A stretch of DNA of 64,000 nt from assembly GCA_976551045.1 (NCBI GenBank), contig CDPCPM010000033.1:26040001-26104000 (forward strand). The letters run 5' to 3'. This document shows positions 63,981 to 64,000 of the stretch, in pieces. Both the position numbers and the translations under genes were made by a program. The notes below the pieces were generated by a model. It was given only the letters and a program-made list of their open reading frames with translations. It was not told where the DNA came from and ran no database searches. Source of the stretch: Glaucostegus cemiculus (Eukaryota). How positions within the stretch are numbered: position 1 is the first letter of the stretch; each line of letters starts with the position of its first letter.

Positions 63981-64000
63981 ATAACTTCTGACACTATTTA

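Overview
This window is the 3' (anterior) half of a vertebrate HoxD cluster on the + strand. It contains five intact two-exon genes in collinear order (HoxD5, HoxD4, HoxD3, HoxD2, HoxD1) with mir-10b between D5 and D4. HoxD5 plus HoxD2 and the repeat types point to a cartilaginous fish. Canonical DR5 retinoic-acid response elements and conserved Hox promoter blocks are present. No transposon is recognisable until about 54.7 kb, after which CR1, Penelope-like, Rex1/Babar and SINE fragments pile up. The most striking observation is in the apparently empty 8 kb upstream of HoxD5. It seems to hold two decayed Hox genes in the correct order and spacing: a HoxD7 relic (Hox7-type promoter/leader, eroded exon 1, eroded homeobox) and a weaker HoxD6 relic. 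Intact HoxD6 or HoxD7 genes are not known to me from any jawed vertebrate. All comparisons to other species are from memory and need alignment to confirm. There is one assembly gap (28842-29004).
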